From the sequence record NC_070869.1: a DNA stretch of 64,000 bases; one strand, given 5' to 3'. Both the position numbers and the translations under genes were made by a program. Positions 47,001 to 55,205 of this stretch are shown here, one piece after another. This DNA comes from Escherichia phage vB_EcoP_SP5M. The notes under the pieces are model-generated. The model was given only the letters and a program-made list of their open reading frames with translations. It made no database searches and had not been told where the DNA came from. Every line of letters begins with the position of its first letter. Within the stretch, counting starts at the first letter, position 1.

Positions 47001-48417
47001 TTTTACCAACCAGAGAAGCACCAGCCAGAGTAGTACGAAGAGCAGGACCAGCAGCAGCTCCGGCAGCTTTAACAGTTGCACCTGGAGCTTGAGCAACCCC
47101 AGCACTACCGAAGCCATAAAGTGCACCAAGACCTGCTTGCTCACCAACCCCTTTGAGAGTGTCACGGGATGCATCAACATTTTCCTTGATTGCACGGTTC
47201 TGGGCATACTGACCAAAGCCTGACTGAATACCTTCCTCTACAGTCTCACGAAGCATATTAGAACCAGCACCTGCCAGTGAACCTACCTTAAGTGGATTAA
47301 GTTCAAACTTGGATACCAGTGGACCAGTAGCAGCAGCAACTGGGGCAGTTAAGCCAGCAGCAATGATACCTGTTTCGGATGCAGTCTGACGACGTGCTTC
47401 ATCAGGAGATAATCCATCAGCAATATGTTGTTGGTAAACAGGAGATTTACTTGCCAGTTCTTGATGAGGCATCTTCATGATTTCAGAAGCAGTCTGTTGG
47501 TATGCACCACCAGCTTCCATACCACCGATTGCAATAGCAGGTGCAGCAACACGACCAGCAGACAATGCAACCTGTGCAGGACGTGAACCTAACTCAGCAG
47601 CTAAGGTAATACCCTTAACAGCTTTATCCCCTCCTACCATTACTTTACCGAGTGCAGATACACCACGGATAAGTGGACCACCAGTAAAGAGGGAACCAAC
47701 ACCTTCACTCAGTCCATCGGAGGCAGCCATACCATTATCAAGTGTATTAGCAACAGAATCGAAAGCATCACGACCAATGCGGGACAAGGAGGCAACCAAA
47801 TCGCTCTCCCCGTTTTTGATGTCTTGTTCATAAAGTTTCTGGTTCTTTTGAGCAGAAATCTGGTTCTGATTCTGAACAACTTTACGGGTAGCATTCAGTG
47901 CATCAGACTGTAAATTGTGTACACCTTCATTCAACCAATCCATCCCGGAAGCAATGGATGCCCCGGCATTATCATTGACCAGACCTGTGCCAAGAGCAGC
48001 AATGCCCCCAAGGGTATTAGCAACACCAAGACCAACACCAGAAAGAGTATCGCCAAATGCTTCTGCGTTAGTACGTTGTTTAGATAAGTCCTGACGTACA
48101 GCATCAGCAGCATTAGCTCGGCTATTAAGAATTTGTAGACCCTGCTCATTACCGTATTTATTAATGATTTCTAAGGGGGAGGCTTGAGTGAAATCTGCCT
48201 GAAGTGAACCTGGTTCGAATGCACCGATTCCAAGATTACCTACTCGTCCGGTCTGGAGATTGTAAGCATTCTCTGGGGTTAATTGGAAAGGGCTTTGCCC
48301 TTGTGCAGCTTGCTTCTGAGAGGTTGCAGTAGAGACATCGACTTGCTTAGCATTAGTGATGCTGTCTGCGAAACCTGCCAGACGGTCAAATGTTGACATA
48401 GCATGTTTCCTGTTCAA
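38068..48417 (-). CDS. Virion-encapsidated RNA polymerase (N4 gp50-like vRNAP), 3449 aa
   Basis: Giant ORF at the N4 vRNAP position; TRVGR (T/DxxGR-like) and other RNAP-like motifs in the central region. Confidence 0.85.
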   Translation of the reverse strand: MNRKHAMSTFDRLAGFADSITNAKQVDVSTATSQKQAAQGQSPFQLTPENAYNLQTGRVGNLGIGAFEPGSLQADFTQASPLEIINKYGNEQGLQILNSRANAADAVRQDLSKQRTNAEAFGDTLSGVGLGVANTLGGIAALGTGLVNDNAGASIASGMDWLNEGVHNLQSDALNATRKVVQNQNQISAQKNQKLYEQDIKNGESDLVASLSRIGRDAFDSVANTLDNGMAASDGLSEGVGSLFTGGPLIRGVSALGKVMVGGDKAVKGITLAAELGSRPAQVALSAGRVAAPAIAIGGMEAGGAYQQTASEIMKMPHQELASKSPVYQQHIADGLSPDEARRQTASETGIIAAGLTAPVAAATGPLVSKFELNPLKVGSLAGAGSNMLRETVEEGIQSGFGQYAQNRAIKENVDASRDTLKGVGEQAGLGALYGFGSAGVAQAPGATVKAAGAAAGPALRTTLAGASLVGKTLAKAASPLTNILVQRGEEVAKRNEQASPVADATVNAAAQEAAAQAEQAQATVQEAVDAMDITPEEKAAATQYAADLTQAMKFDPVELEQANPVIREAVSGSTNRVEAIQKMADLVNTAEDPNVQMEAAIQMYDNIMSMDSFINRDPGALANLEQGSPAATIVDQFSGLMANVQNTPKVLRAFRAIHSMIQEQAEAGKLKATEEANQAQANNIAMAADVSPEVLDADSVNMVLKHASEGKITLGNRQRAALQSAAALLQGAREFDAKAEELGLRPQDIVSKQIKTDESRSNEGQYSALQHAKRIRSAYNSGNFDLASAYLSDFMKFAQHMQNKVGALNEHLISGNADKNKSVHYQALSPSREWVRSRTGLGVNPYDTKSVKFAQQVGLEAKTVADIANALATAYPELNVSHVKVTSLDPRLNKPAAQVVKEFRQGSLDAAQSQQTNEPVNQVDESPAPVQEDTTTVQPKSKPVVENKTAPTKETSPKAEEVSTTESETVDATQEVVETKTEMETVFPVYNNEKTPNQFLKAFTLPEEPKSRTIGSESPLTDIKQALSSAARFEAFTQKENNALTSDVMKRYQDLMDFGETLKTTLSERLAKFLANKNVGKRFAEGTEANRWVGGKLLNIVERDGDTFKFNDQLLETAVLAGLQWRLTATQNAAIKDMKDVAAITGVEASLLPESILAEFENAQTLVEATSSLAQKIESYWGLNRNPNAPLGYTKGIPMAMATEILSSLIEMGAVTETMLDVSEIDPDSNKTVGLYTINKLADKDPINDFPTAIEEAVLVNPEEKMYFGDDIPSVAQTQLRNPAVKNTPEQKAALKAEQATEFRVHMPMVNFYEALGRDNILELMGAGTLNPDLLNENTAKSLEGKNLSVSMAYDSLFGVINQIREQENGLDTPIHYSYNMTRVGRMQMLGKNNPQSSKLVREAILPTFSTIDLSNENSQAYSDFQLGLAQALGIKVHNMSREAMSEKLTKALEGNLKPAVDMMVEFDKSGHLPADAVDILKTSLGGDKSFVALMALMEYARYLNSDDRANFNTPLYVEADGVTNGPINAMVLMTGGKFTPDWIKNTAKGGLFFGKAGKTMNEHRSQDDSVDLYEASTNGLQQALNELRTTYRNNVPVMSQMNHLQKLMDLFIKDFNLNEDGTLDLKRGIAKNPLTITIYGSGARGIAGKMVSAITDTIYERLSDVLQARAADPSISPAMAMFGKEAASEADAQAMLDTFLTSMEALTGNVPVVRKGELSIQQVDGALTGKLNPQKFTVSGNALKNLQENMLYLFVEPMRTGIRNTVGEGLMHSTENLQKATQIQSLVLQDMFQQAVQAKLAEKEKDSTWKKGDFLTQKELNEIQESLSPLAPMIETGSQTFYIAGSENTDVANQVLATNLDDRMRVPMSIYAPSQAGVAGIPFMTIGTGDGMMMQTLSTMKGAPKNTLKIFDGMNIGISDITDASRKANEAVYTSWQGNPIKNVYDSYAKFMKNVDFSKLSDETKQAIAKSALEYDQREGATDDLLRAGAEQIERNLRNIALGVDIRHKVMNQVQTTVDQMAAVGAPYVNNGKISLEGLTVDQQVAKLNELFDAELNKRRDAVRAAKAEPVKEIPAMEQVGRVLKSGVRLLSNTAITKLAKEMSPEQQAVLKEVQKSLAAKDYKVVYGTPAQLDAYAIEKNITRPAPEDIEAAEAGNAYGWTNFDDKTIYLVTPSLETLVHELVHASTFESVLAHYEGTHNEAVQNIEDLMNQFRTLDVKNESPAVREAYADALITINGHLSNGFIEPAMAKAAALNEYMAWGLTNRELIGKQKKTTALKAMVQSVYEAIKRLVFGRKKAPANADDMFSGLLFNSSVVMRGQAPTAAVSKDTTLFHNKAYGDNTRLEELGQTFDKLITNYIGSEPVQQVIRKGKFSDAVVNATKVTRDVQAHGFTMNMQEQRLFTNIVAALATEAAISPAALSRVQEYYAHVTKNLTVEAFMADPDSTNPADRYYAQQKFDTIMGANNIEFDAQGRSSLLPTFVGLAMVSEEVRNVLANIPVMKADKKSGNTVDAMLTNIGTAAMSSLNARVAGDTKATNVQEGMDALAQTIMQTSLNAQSFYDSVATPSGNAIDRANQYLVDSIDALSTRALESAREVAANTKNPLVKGAAHAAQLVAAIATEKNGAIVAEGVMAAMNQGKVWQPFHDLINDLTGRTKSNASVYDLIKAVRAQVQADRQQFREHLPTTIASKFSRKLTNDEWKAMHTGMGKTDLAVLRDTMSLAEIRDLLSDQKIVDREVNKLEADLQKQAGRNWPLINRKSKQLAQYMINGTVGNNLLRNATAISRMLGERQAARSTVDVAQLDKLITLYALEAMNKSDREMLSSLAQTEVDGMDFATSYLVGQRKDEMAKAKSDPRATLNQYKGHIPSETKQGVNLIVAEDSQFGDLIEKSYVRLGTYQGSSANRGPARSYYFAPVQAQAPFSQGILQNVRDTAGGVDLGTGFTVGSMVAGRITDKPSVDRITKALARGERGNEPLLPVYDDKGNVVAYEQSIDPNMLKHIEGENHLARAIGVWRGRQVEEAKAQRFNDMLIENLHSMYENDIKMSASNKSQYVNLLGSKLDPVTADALKLMNSETRRKAESLFGEGELWVRRDMLNDALGYRAASVGDAWSGNSRWSPETLDTFKKAMLGVFGNRAYKYTMGGENLVQNLVKEAKTLIVVKSVVVPAVNFLANLYQMVARGVPVKNIAKSIPQKTAEINQYLKSRLRQVDAEAELRAATNPNQIRKLKAEIQSITDSHKRMSIWPLLEAGEFSSIADAGIGRDDILITEGKLHEYMDKLADKLPKSVRTAGRYALITKDTALFQGIQKTVEYSDFIAKAIIYDELTQRKGKTREEALGRVTEEFVNYDRLPGRFRGYMESVGLMWFYNFKIRSAKVAVSMIRNNPVHAAMAMLAPTPTMFGNVGLPIQDNIFSIAAKGSLDYSWGFGQGLRAHNLNPWMNLVN

Positions 48418-48464
48418 ACTTATATCGTATATAGGTAACTTACTCTACAGTAAGCCAGTTAAAG

Positions 48465-48487
48465 AAAAAAGCCCCGTAGGGCTTTTA
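48465..48487 (-). terminator. Rho-independent terminator (minus strand) between the upstream virion gene and the vRNAP gene
   Basis: AAAGCCC-CGTA-GGGCTTT hairpin; minus strand reads hairpin then TTTTTTCTTT. Confidence 0.55.
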
Positions 48488-48493
48488 TTAGTA

Positions 48494-50458
48494 TTACCGA
48501 TTTTGTCTTGGTTGCATATACTCAGGCAGTCCTTGTGCCTGACGAAGGTATCGTTCAGCACGCTCCTTGTTTTCTTTCTCAACTGCCCGGTCTACAGAGG
48601 CCTGAGATTGGAAGTTACGTGGAGCCAGGTTTTGTGGGTCTGCTTGTACTTGTGCCTGTGCAGCTTGGAGCATTGCAGCAGCTTTAGTAACAGCCTCCTG
48701 ACGTGCAGGTAACAGTGCAGTAAGACCACTTTGTCCGGTGTTAATCTTATTCTGGGTATTTGTCAGTGCAGCTACAGCAGCATCATAAGCAGTCTGTGCT
48801 GCCTGAATGTTCTGCATAGCCTGAGCACGACCTAGGTTACGAACACTACCTTCCAGTGGCTCTCCCCGTTTCACACCCTCAATTAACTGTTCTACCTGAC
48901 GGTCATTAAGACGCATACCATTACCGGCTTCATTGGTAATGAATGGGTTAACTGCATCAATAGCACGACTAATATAACCTTCCGGTACACCAGTCTGTGC
49001 ACGTTGCATAACAGCAGCAGCCATAGCTGGTGACATATTCCCACGTTGAGAAATATCGTTCAGTCGGTTCAGTACCCAGTTACGGTCAGCACCTTTAAAG
49101 TCGCCCTCCAACAGACGGTTAGCAATCTCACCTACTGGGGTATTATCAGTGACAGTACCAAGGAAATCAGTATTAAGACTACCGGTGTTATCCTGCATAG
49201 AACGAGTACCAATCATACCCTGAGCCAGAGTAGATACTGCCTGATTACCTTGATTATTCTGAACCATAGCGAGCGGGTCAGACCCTACTTCTGCTTGGGC
49301 AATAACAGGTTTAATCTGTTCCCAAGTCATATCCTTATAAGCACCTGGGGTAGAGTTAGGCAGAGCAGCCCAGGTATCTTTAAGGTTACCGTTCTTACGA
49401 GACTCGAAGATAGCCTTACCAATCTTATCCTGGTTCTCAGCAGAAAGTGGCTGGCTTTGCCAATCTGAACCAAGAACTTTGGGGGCGAAGTCTTTCAGGG
49501 TAGCTTGGTTAATCTGGAATGCTCCAACAGGTGAAGCTCCTTGGTTAGACTTCATACCATCCTGGTGCTTAATTACATCACCAATACTCATTTGAGTAAT
49601 AGGAGTAGATGTACCAGCAAACTGGTAAGTAACATCGTAAGGGGAACCCTGACGAGTACCAGCAGTACCTGGAGCAGATGCAGCACCTACACCATTGCCA
49701 TATACACCCGGGTAAGCATTAGCCAGTAATCCCTGCAAACGTGCCTGTGCAACTGGGGACAGGTTCTTACTATATGCTTCTGCTAACAGACGGGCATCGT
49801 TGGGGTTCTCAGCACCACGGGTAATCTGTGCCATTACACCCATAGCAGCCTGACTATCAGCATCATTACGTTGAGCAACACCCAAATCAAAACGGTTCTG
49901 TGCCTGATTAATAGCCTGACCTCCCTGACCCTGAAGACTACCCATCATCTCCAGTTGTTGGTCAGCAGGCAGTGCAGACAGTGCCTCACGTGTCTGACTT
50001 AATGCAGCATTAATACGGTTCTGGTCACCGGACTGATAAGCTTCAGACAGTAAACGAATAGCAGGGGAAGCATTATCTAATGCAGAGTTAGTATCCTGTA
50101 AACGACCAAAGAGATAAGCATTGTAGTCATTGGTTCCCTGCTGACCTTGTTGAGTCAGTAATGTACCTGCTCGCTCATCCAGGTTTTGAAGGGTACGTTG
50201 GTTTACCAGTGAAGGGTCAACCCCCTGAAACAATGCACCAGATGCCAAAGCATTACGGTACTCATTCGGGTCTTGGTACTGCATAGCATTCATCATGACG
50301 GCATTGCCAGCCTCCTGCTTGGCAGCGTTCTGGAAATTACCCAGTGCATCACTTAAGCCGGAGGTGGCATTACCAATCATGCTACCAAATGTGCGAATGC
50401 TGTCACCAACTCCAGAGAAGTTAGGTGCATCAACATTTCTCCACGTTATCTGAGCCAT
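48494..50458 (-). CDS. Virion protein (N4 gp51-like position), Q/N/G-rich
   Basis: 654 aa ORF in the late module; synteny. Confidence 0.5.
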   Translation of the reverse strand: MAQITWRNVDAPNFSGVGDSIRTFGSMIGNATSGLSDALGNFQNAAKQEAGNAVMMNAMQYQDPNEYRNALASGALFQGVDPSLVNQRTLQNLDERAGTLLTQQGQQGTNDYNAYLFGRLQDTNSALDNASPAIRLLSEAYQSGDQNRINAALSQTREALSALPADQQLEMMGSLQGQGGQAINQAQNRFDLGVAQRNDADSQAAMGVMAQITRGAENPNDARLLAEAYSKNLSPVAQARLQGLLANAYPGVYGNGVGAASAPGTAGTRQGSPYDVTYQFAGTSTPITQMSIGDVIKHQDGMKSNQGASPVGAFQINQATLKDFAPKVLGSDWQSQPLSAENQDKIGKAIFESRKNGNLKDTWAALPNSTPGAYKDMTWEQIKPVIAQAEVGSDPLAMVQNNQGNQAVSTLAQGMIGTRSMQDNTGSLNTDFLGTVTDNTPVGEIANRLLEGDFKGADRNWVLNRLNDISQRGNMSPAMAAAVMQRAQTGVPEGYISRAIDAVNPFITNEAGNGMRLNDRQVEQLIEGVKRGEPLEGSVRNLGRAQAMQNIQAAQTAYDAAVAALTNTQNKINTGQSGLTALLPARQEAVTKAAAMLQAAQAQVQADPQNLAPRNFQSQASVDRAVEKENKERAERYLRQAQGLPEYMQPRQNR

Positions 50459-50470
50459 GATGGTTTCCTA

Positions 50471-50935
50471 TTAACGGGTTAGTTTATTAGCTGCAATGTA
50501 AGCATCAGCCGAAGACTGGTCACGGTTCTCTGCTGTAGCACGGCTACGAGCACGGTCTTCCAGTGCAGTGTTATAAGACTTAATCTGGTTATTCAGGTTA
50601 GTGTTAGTAACACTCTTAGTAAAGTTCAGCTGGTCTTTGGCTAACTTGTTAGCCTGGAAACCACTATAGATACCAGCTAAGGAACCAAGTGCACCCAGCC
50701 CTAGTTGGAAGGTAGGTACGTTCATGCCCAACTGATTAGCTGAACCAGACAAGAAAGAAGTAGGGGAGGATACTCCTGTACCTGCATTCATACCAATAGT
50801 TGCACCAGGGGTATAGTTCATAGCTGGGGTATTAAAGTTCTGATTGTTATTAGGCATCCAAGACATAGCTCCTGGCTGAGGGGCTTGGTTGCCTGTTAAG
50901 AATGACAAATCCATAAGGATTCTCCTGTTAAACAA
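50471..50935 (-). CDS. Virion protein (154 aa)
   Basis: ORF track; late module. Confidence 0.45.
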   Translation of the reverse strand: MFNRRILMDLSFLTGNQAPQPGAMSWMPNNNQNFNTPAMNYTPGATIGMNAGTGVSSPTSFLSGSANQLGMNVPTFQLGLGALGSLAGIYSGFQANKLAKDQLNFTKSVTNTNLNNQIKSYNTALEDRARSRATAENRDQSSADAYIAANKLTR

Positions 50936-53582
50936 GGTCAGTATTAAGAGTCATATCAGTGTAGCTGCCAATCATGTTTAGAGACATATCAGCTATATCT
51001 GAACCAGTCATAAGAGTACGTGAGAGGAAAGAATCCATCGACTCCATTGACACGAATTGCATAGGGTCAATTACACCCTGTCCAGCAGTACCAAACATTT
51101 CTTCATACTGCTTATTGATTGCCATCATATCGGTATTGTACTTCTGCATTACACTCTCTGCTTTCTGAATAGTAGCAGCCGTAGATGCATTAATATACTG
51201 GCTAATGCCATTACCCACTGAACTGGTAAGCTGCATGATGTTTTGGGCATTCATCATTTCGCTGGCTAAGGTAGATAAGGATGTACCAGTAGATAGAGCA
51301 GTACCAACATTCATAGCTACCATTGAAGCAACAGCAGCGATGATAAAACCTAGCTTATCACCAAACAGTGAAGTAGATACTTTAGTGACAATAGATATCA
51401 TAATCATTGCAGCAATGGCGTTTGCTACAGCACCTACTATTACAGCAGCTAATCCAACAAAACCGAGTGATGCACCAACTGCACCATAAGCCCCAAGTAT
51501 ACCTACACCACCAGCACCCATAGTGAATACAGATACAACGACAGCAACTACAACAACCACAATCTTAAAGGCAGAAGTTTGATACCACTTCTTCTTAACC
51601 TTCTTATATGAGTTCATTACTAAGTAGGAACAAGCAGTAGACAGCTGAGTACTACGAGTCAGTGACATTGAACGGTAGATGTTAGTGTGCAGTGGGATAA
51701 TGAATCCACTCTCTTCTGCATCACCCATTGCTTCAGCAACATCAATGTTTACTGACTTGTTTTTATACACCCTGTTGCTGTGGTGCAGACCAAGTACCCT
51801 AAGTTTACGATAGGTGTTATCACCATCTTGCCAAAGCAACTCATATTCCTGCATAGAGTAAAACGTAGGAGTAACTTCCAATCTTTTAGTTGAACCAGAG
51901 TTACTAGCTGTACGTATGTTCTTGCGTGTAAGGGTTATATCCCCTGCATACCTGGCTCGAAGTTGTCCTTGTTTAGCACCTGCCCATGCTTTACCAGAAT
52001 GTGTAGTTTCAGATACATAATTCCAACGGATGGTCATGTCATACTTATAATGCTTACTACTATGCACCCTAAACTCTCGCTTAGGTATGACAGGATATTC
52101 CGGCAAGGGGGGTGGTGTTCCAACAATATGACCTTCCTGCCTGTTCCACCATTCTACGTATGCATCGACTGCATCATTAGCTGCCTGATAACCTGCAATC
52201 ACTGATTCCAATGTAGGGTAGGTTGGGTCAGGTGGGAATGCTTCAGTAGCCATCTGAAAGAAACGATAGATATATTCCTTAGCAGTATCTTCTGGAGTAT
52301 TAAGGGATACACCAAATGTGCCATAAATGTACTGAATATCACCTATGTCCTCATTCTTCTTAAGCTCCGTCATTACTTTATTAAGCTTACCACCAGTGGC
52401 TTTATAGAGAGCCTTCTTACAGTGGGGGTAAATTGGGTCATACTCTACCCATTGTTTATCATTCCTGATTGGGATGAATGGATAGAATCGGTTATCAGTA
52501 GCTTCAGTTTCAAACAGTGAGTCAAGTACAGCGTTGCCGGAATTGTACTTATAGATAAGCAGTTTGGGTGTACTAACAGCAGCCATCTCAGTATCAGTAC
52601 GAGTAATCTGAGATGAGTATTTACGAACCAGTGTTTCCGTAGTTGTGGTGATTGTGTCAGTGCGAGTAACACCCCCACCTAAATCAACAACATTGGTAGT
52701 TACAGTAGTACTGGATTGTATCTCACCGAACTTTTTATGAGTCATTACTCTGTCAGATACAACTACAGTTACATCATCCGGCTTCTCAGTAAATCCTCTA
52801 CGGTAAACCTTAACGTAAGAGTTCCAGTTATCTATGCTTGATTCAGTAACAGTACTGTCTTCATCTGGCCTACCATCAGAGTAAACAGAATGAGTCTGTA
52901 TAGTCTTGGTAAGATTGGCTGTATTAGCTGTCGTATCACTTGAGATAGTAGTCCATAACAAAGTAGACGGTAAGTCATCCTCATCATCATAGACAGTAGT
53001 CGGACCTTCTACTGGTGGATTGGTAGTAGGTGACTTATAGAATGTGTAGTCAGCATAGAGATACAAAGCACCTGGTTCAAAGTTAGTAGGTGTGAATGTA
53101 ATAGTAGAGCCTCCATCTAAGGAGGTCATAGTAATTTCATTGGTATCTTCATCAATGTCTATGTCGAATCGTTCCATGATTCGACTTGGGGCATTTTCAT
53201 AAAGATACTGGTCACACCATTGCTCAAAGTCAGCAAAGCCAATTTCTGCTGCCTGAACATAGACTGTTTCTCCAGCAGGTGGAGTAAGTTGACCCTGTAT
53301 AACAGTAGGGTCAATCTTAGCCAGTACACCTAATGAAGAACCAGCCATACCAACTTCTGAATCATAGTGGTTTTTACTCCAGCTGGAGAACAGTCGCATA
53401 CGAATACCAGGTCCGTTCAGATAACTATCGGAGATAGTATCTGCCATACTGAATCCTGTATTAGCAACAATATTACCAATAACCACAGTCTTCATATAGT
53501 TTGGACGTTTATGTATATCCCCTGCCATGTTATAGACAGAGGATGCTACGTATACTTTGGTTTTCCCACTGAATAAGCCCAT
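50928..53582 (-). CDS. Large virion protein with long Gly/Ala/Val-rich hydrophobic segment
   Basis: 884 aa; about 100-residue hydrophobic stretch (VVVVVAVVVSVF ... AAVIVGAVANAIAAMIMISIV). Confidence 0.5.
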   Translation of the reverse strand: MGLFSGKTKVYVASSVYNMAGDIHKRPNYMKTVVIGNIVANTGFSMADTISDSYLNGPGIRMRLFSSWSKNHYDSEVGMAGSSLGVLAKIDPTVIQGQLTPPAGETVYVQAAEIGFADFEQWCDQYLYENAPSRIMERFDIDIDEDTNEITMTSLDGGSTITFTPTNFEPGALYLYADYTFYKSPTTNPPVEGPTTVYDDEDDLPSTLLWTTISSDTTANTANLTKTIQTHSVYSDGRPDEDSTVTESSIDNWNSYVKVYRRGFTEKPDDVTVVVSDRVMTHKKFGEIQSSTTVTTNVVDLGGGVTRTDTITTTTETLVRKYSSQITRTDTEMAAVSTPKLLIYKYNSGNAVLDSLFETEATDNRFYPFIPIRNDKQWVEYDPIYPHCKKALYKATGGKLNKVMTELKKNEDIGDIQYIYGTFGVSLNTPEDTAKEYIYRFFQMATEAFPPDPTYPTLESVIAGYQAANDAVDAYVEWWNRQEGHIVGTPPPLPEYPVIPKREFRVHSSKHYKYDMTIRWNYVSETTHSGKAWAGAKQGQLRARYAGDITLTRKNIRTASNSGSTKRLEVTPTFYSMQEYELLWQDGDNTYRKLRVLGLHHSNRVYKNKSVNIDVAEAMGDAEESGFIIPLHTNIYRSMSLTRSTQLSTACSYLVMNSYKKVKKKWYQTSAFKIVVVVVAVVVSVFTMGAGGVGILGAYGAVGASLGFVGLAAVIVGAVANAIAAMIMISIVTKVSTSLFGDKLGFIIAAVASMVAMNVGTALSTGTSLSTLASEMMNAQNIMQLTSSVGNGISQYINASTAATIQKAESVMQKYNTDMMAINKQYEEMFGTAGQGVIDPMQFVSMESMDSFLSRTLMTGSDIADMSLNMIGSYTDMTLNTDLV

Positions 53583-53583
53583 A

Positions 53584-54426
53584 TTAGTTCAGCCCGTTGT
53601 TAGACTTCAGCTTGGTCAGAATGGTATCAATACTTGCGTTAGTGAAACCATTAGGAGGATTCAAGCCCTCATCAATAGTCTTCTGTGTAATCCATGCATC
53701 AGTAAACAATTTAGCCGCTTTAACTTCTGCATCTCGTTGGTAAGAAGTAATCTGTTGGGAATACAATTCTTTCTGTTTACCAATAGAACCAAGAATAGGT
53801 AATGCATCAGAACGGGTTTCTTGGGTCTGTGCACGCTGTACTTCATATTGTTCCTGTATCAAACGTTCTTGTGCAGGAAGAATTTTTTCTGAAGTATACA
53901 GTGCAGCACAGTATGTTTCAGACTCAGTAGCAATCTTCATCTTAGTGAGGGCATATTCACTCTTAGCAGACAGTGCCTGAATCTTAGCCAGTACAAACTG
54001 TGCCTTAGAAGTTGCCAGTTGAACACGTGCAGTAACTGCTTGAATCTGTGCCATAGCAGCAGCCCAGTATGCCTGGTCACGACCAAGTAAGAACTGAACA
54101 GCATTATTCATGCAGGCTTCCATCGTAGCAATGTACGCCTTGGTATATTCACCACCAGTAATACGGTTAGCTTTATACTCAGCTTTAAGGTGATTGTGTG
54201 CAGATTCCATTAATGCATCAAACGTACCACTACCACCTACTTCACGGGTAGTAAGTGATTCATTTGTTACTTTAGTAATAGCATCAAAGATTGGGGAGGA
54301 ATCCCCACCAGGGATATCCCATTCAGGGCCAGACATATCAACATCAGGAAGGGTAAAGTCATCACCCTTAGTTAACTCATCTAGGAGACGGTTAGCTTCT
54401 ACCTCAGCAGAACAAGACATAATCAT
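53584..54426 (-). CDS. Virion structural protein (280 aa)
   Basis: ORF track; late module. Confidence 0.45.
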   Translation of the reverse strand: MIMSCSAEVEANRLLDELTKGDDFTLPDVDMSGPEWDIPGGDSSPIFDAITKVTNESLTTREVGGSGTFDALMESAHNHLKAEYKANRITGGEYTKAYIATMEACMNNAVQFLLGRDQAYWAAAMAQIQAVTARVQLATSKAQFVLAKIQALSAKSEYALTKMKIATESETYCAALYTSEKILPAQERLIQEQYEVQRAQTQETRSDALPILGSIGKQKELYSQQITSYQRDAEVKAAKLFTDAWITQKTIDEGLNPPNGFTNASIDTILTKLKSNNGLN

Positions 54427-54496
54427 TCCTCTTGGTTCAAAAAGAAACGGCCCACGGAGTTACCCCAGTGAGCCGTGTTGAACTGTAGCTTATACG

Positions 54497-55138
54497 TTAA
54501 TCGTTCAGGCTACCAGCAGCAATCTGTGCTTGAGCCAGTTGAGCCAATTCTGCTTCAGTCAGCGGAGGCAATACTTCAATGGAGAACTCACGTGCTTCAG
54601 TTGCACGGATATCCGGTAAGCCATTCTTACCTTTACGGGTCGTAATGTTGATGAACTTACGTTCTTTTAGGAACTCATAAATACAGTACGGAATATGATA
54701 ACCATTGTCGGTGACTTCGCCGAACGGAACAAACTTACGTACAGTACCCATATATTCGTTAGCTACGGTGATAATCTCACCCGGCAGGTCTTTCTTCTTA
54801 GGGTCAAGGTTCTGGATACGTACACGAATCAGTCGAGTCTGTTCTGCACGAATCTTCTGACCCAGTGTCATTTTCTTAACACCTGCTTCTTGTTTTTCAC
54901 CCAAAGGATTAACAGCAGCTTCTTTTACTTCTGGTTCATCTTTTACTTGTGCAGCTTCAATCTTCTCACGAAGCTTCTCAACGGAGATGTTGTTAGAGAA
55001 CTTAATATTCATCAACGTTGCACGTTGCTTAAGAACATCAAGTTCGCTAGGCATTGCAATATCGTTAACGGTATCTTCGTTGCCCTGTACGTCCAGTTCT
55101 ACGTCAGTGGTCGGTTTATCGTTAATGCTCATGTTCAT
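54497..55138 (-). CDS. Virion/assembly protein (213 aa)
   Basis: ORF track; directly downstream of the capsid gene. Confidence 0.4.
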   Translation of the reverse strand: MNMSINDKPTTDVELDVQGNEDTVNDIAMPSELDVLKQRATLMNIKFSNNISVEKLREKIEAAQVKDEPEVKEAAVNPLGEKQEAGVKKMTLGQKIRAEQTRLIRVRIQNLDPKKKDLPGEIITVANEYMGTVRKFVPFGEVTDNGYHIPYCIYEFLKERKFINITTRKGKNGLPDIRATEAREFSIEVLPPLTEAELAQLAQAQIAAGSLND

Positions 55139-55205
55139 ATTTCCTGTGGTTCAACTAGTTTTGTTAAGAGGGGGACTTATGTCCCCCTTACTTTATTTAG
55201 GACTA

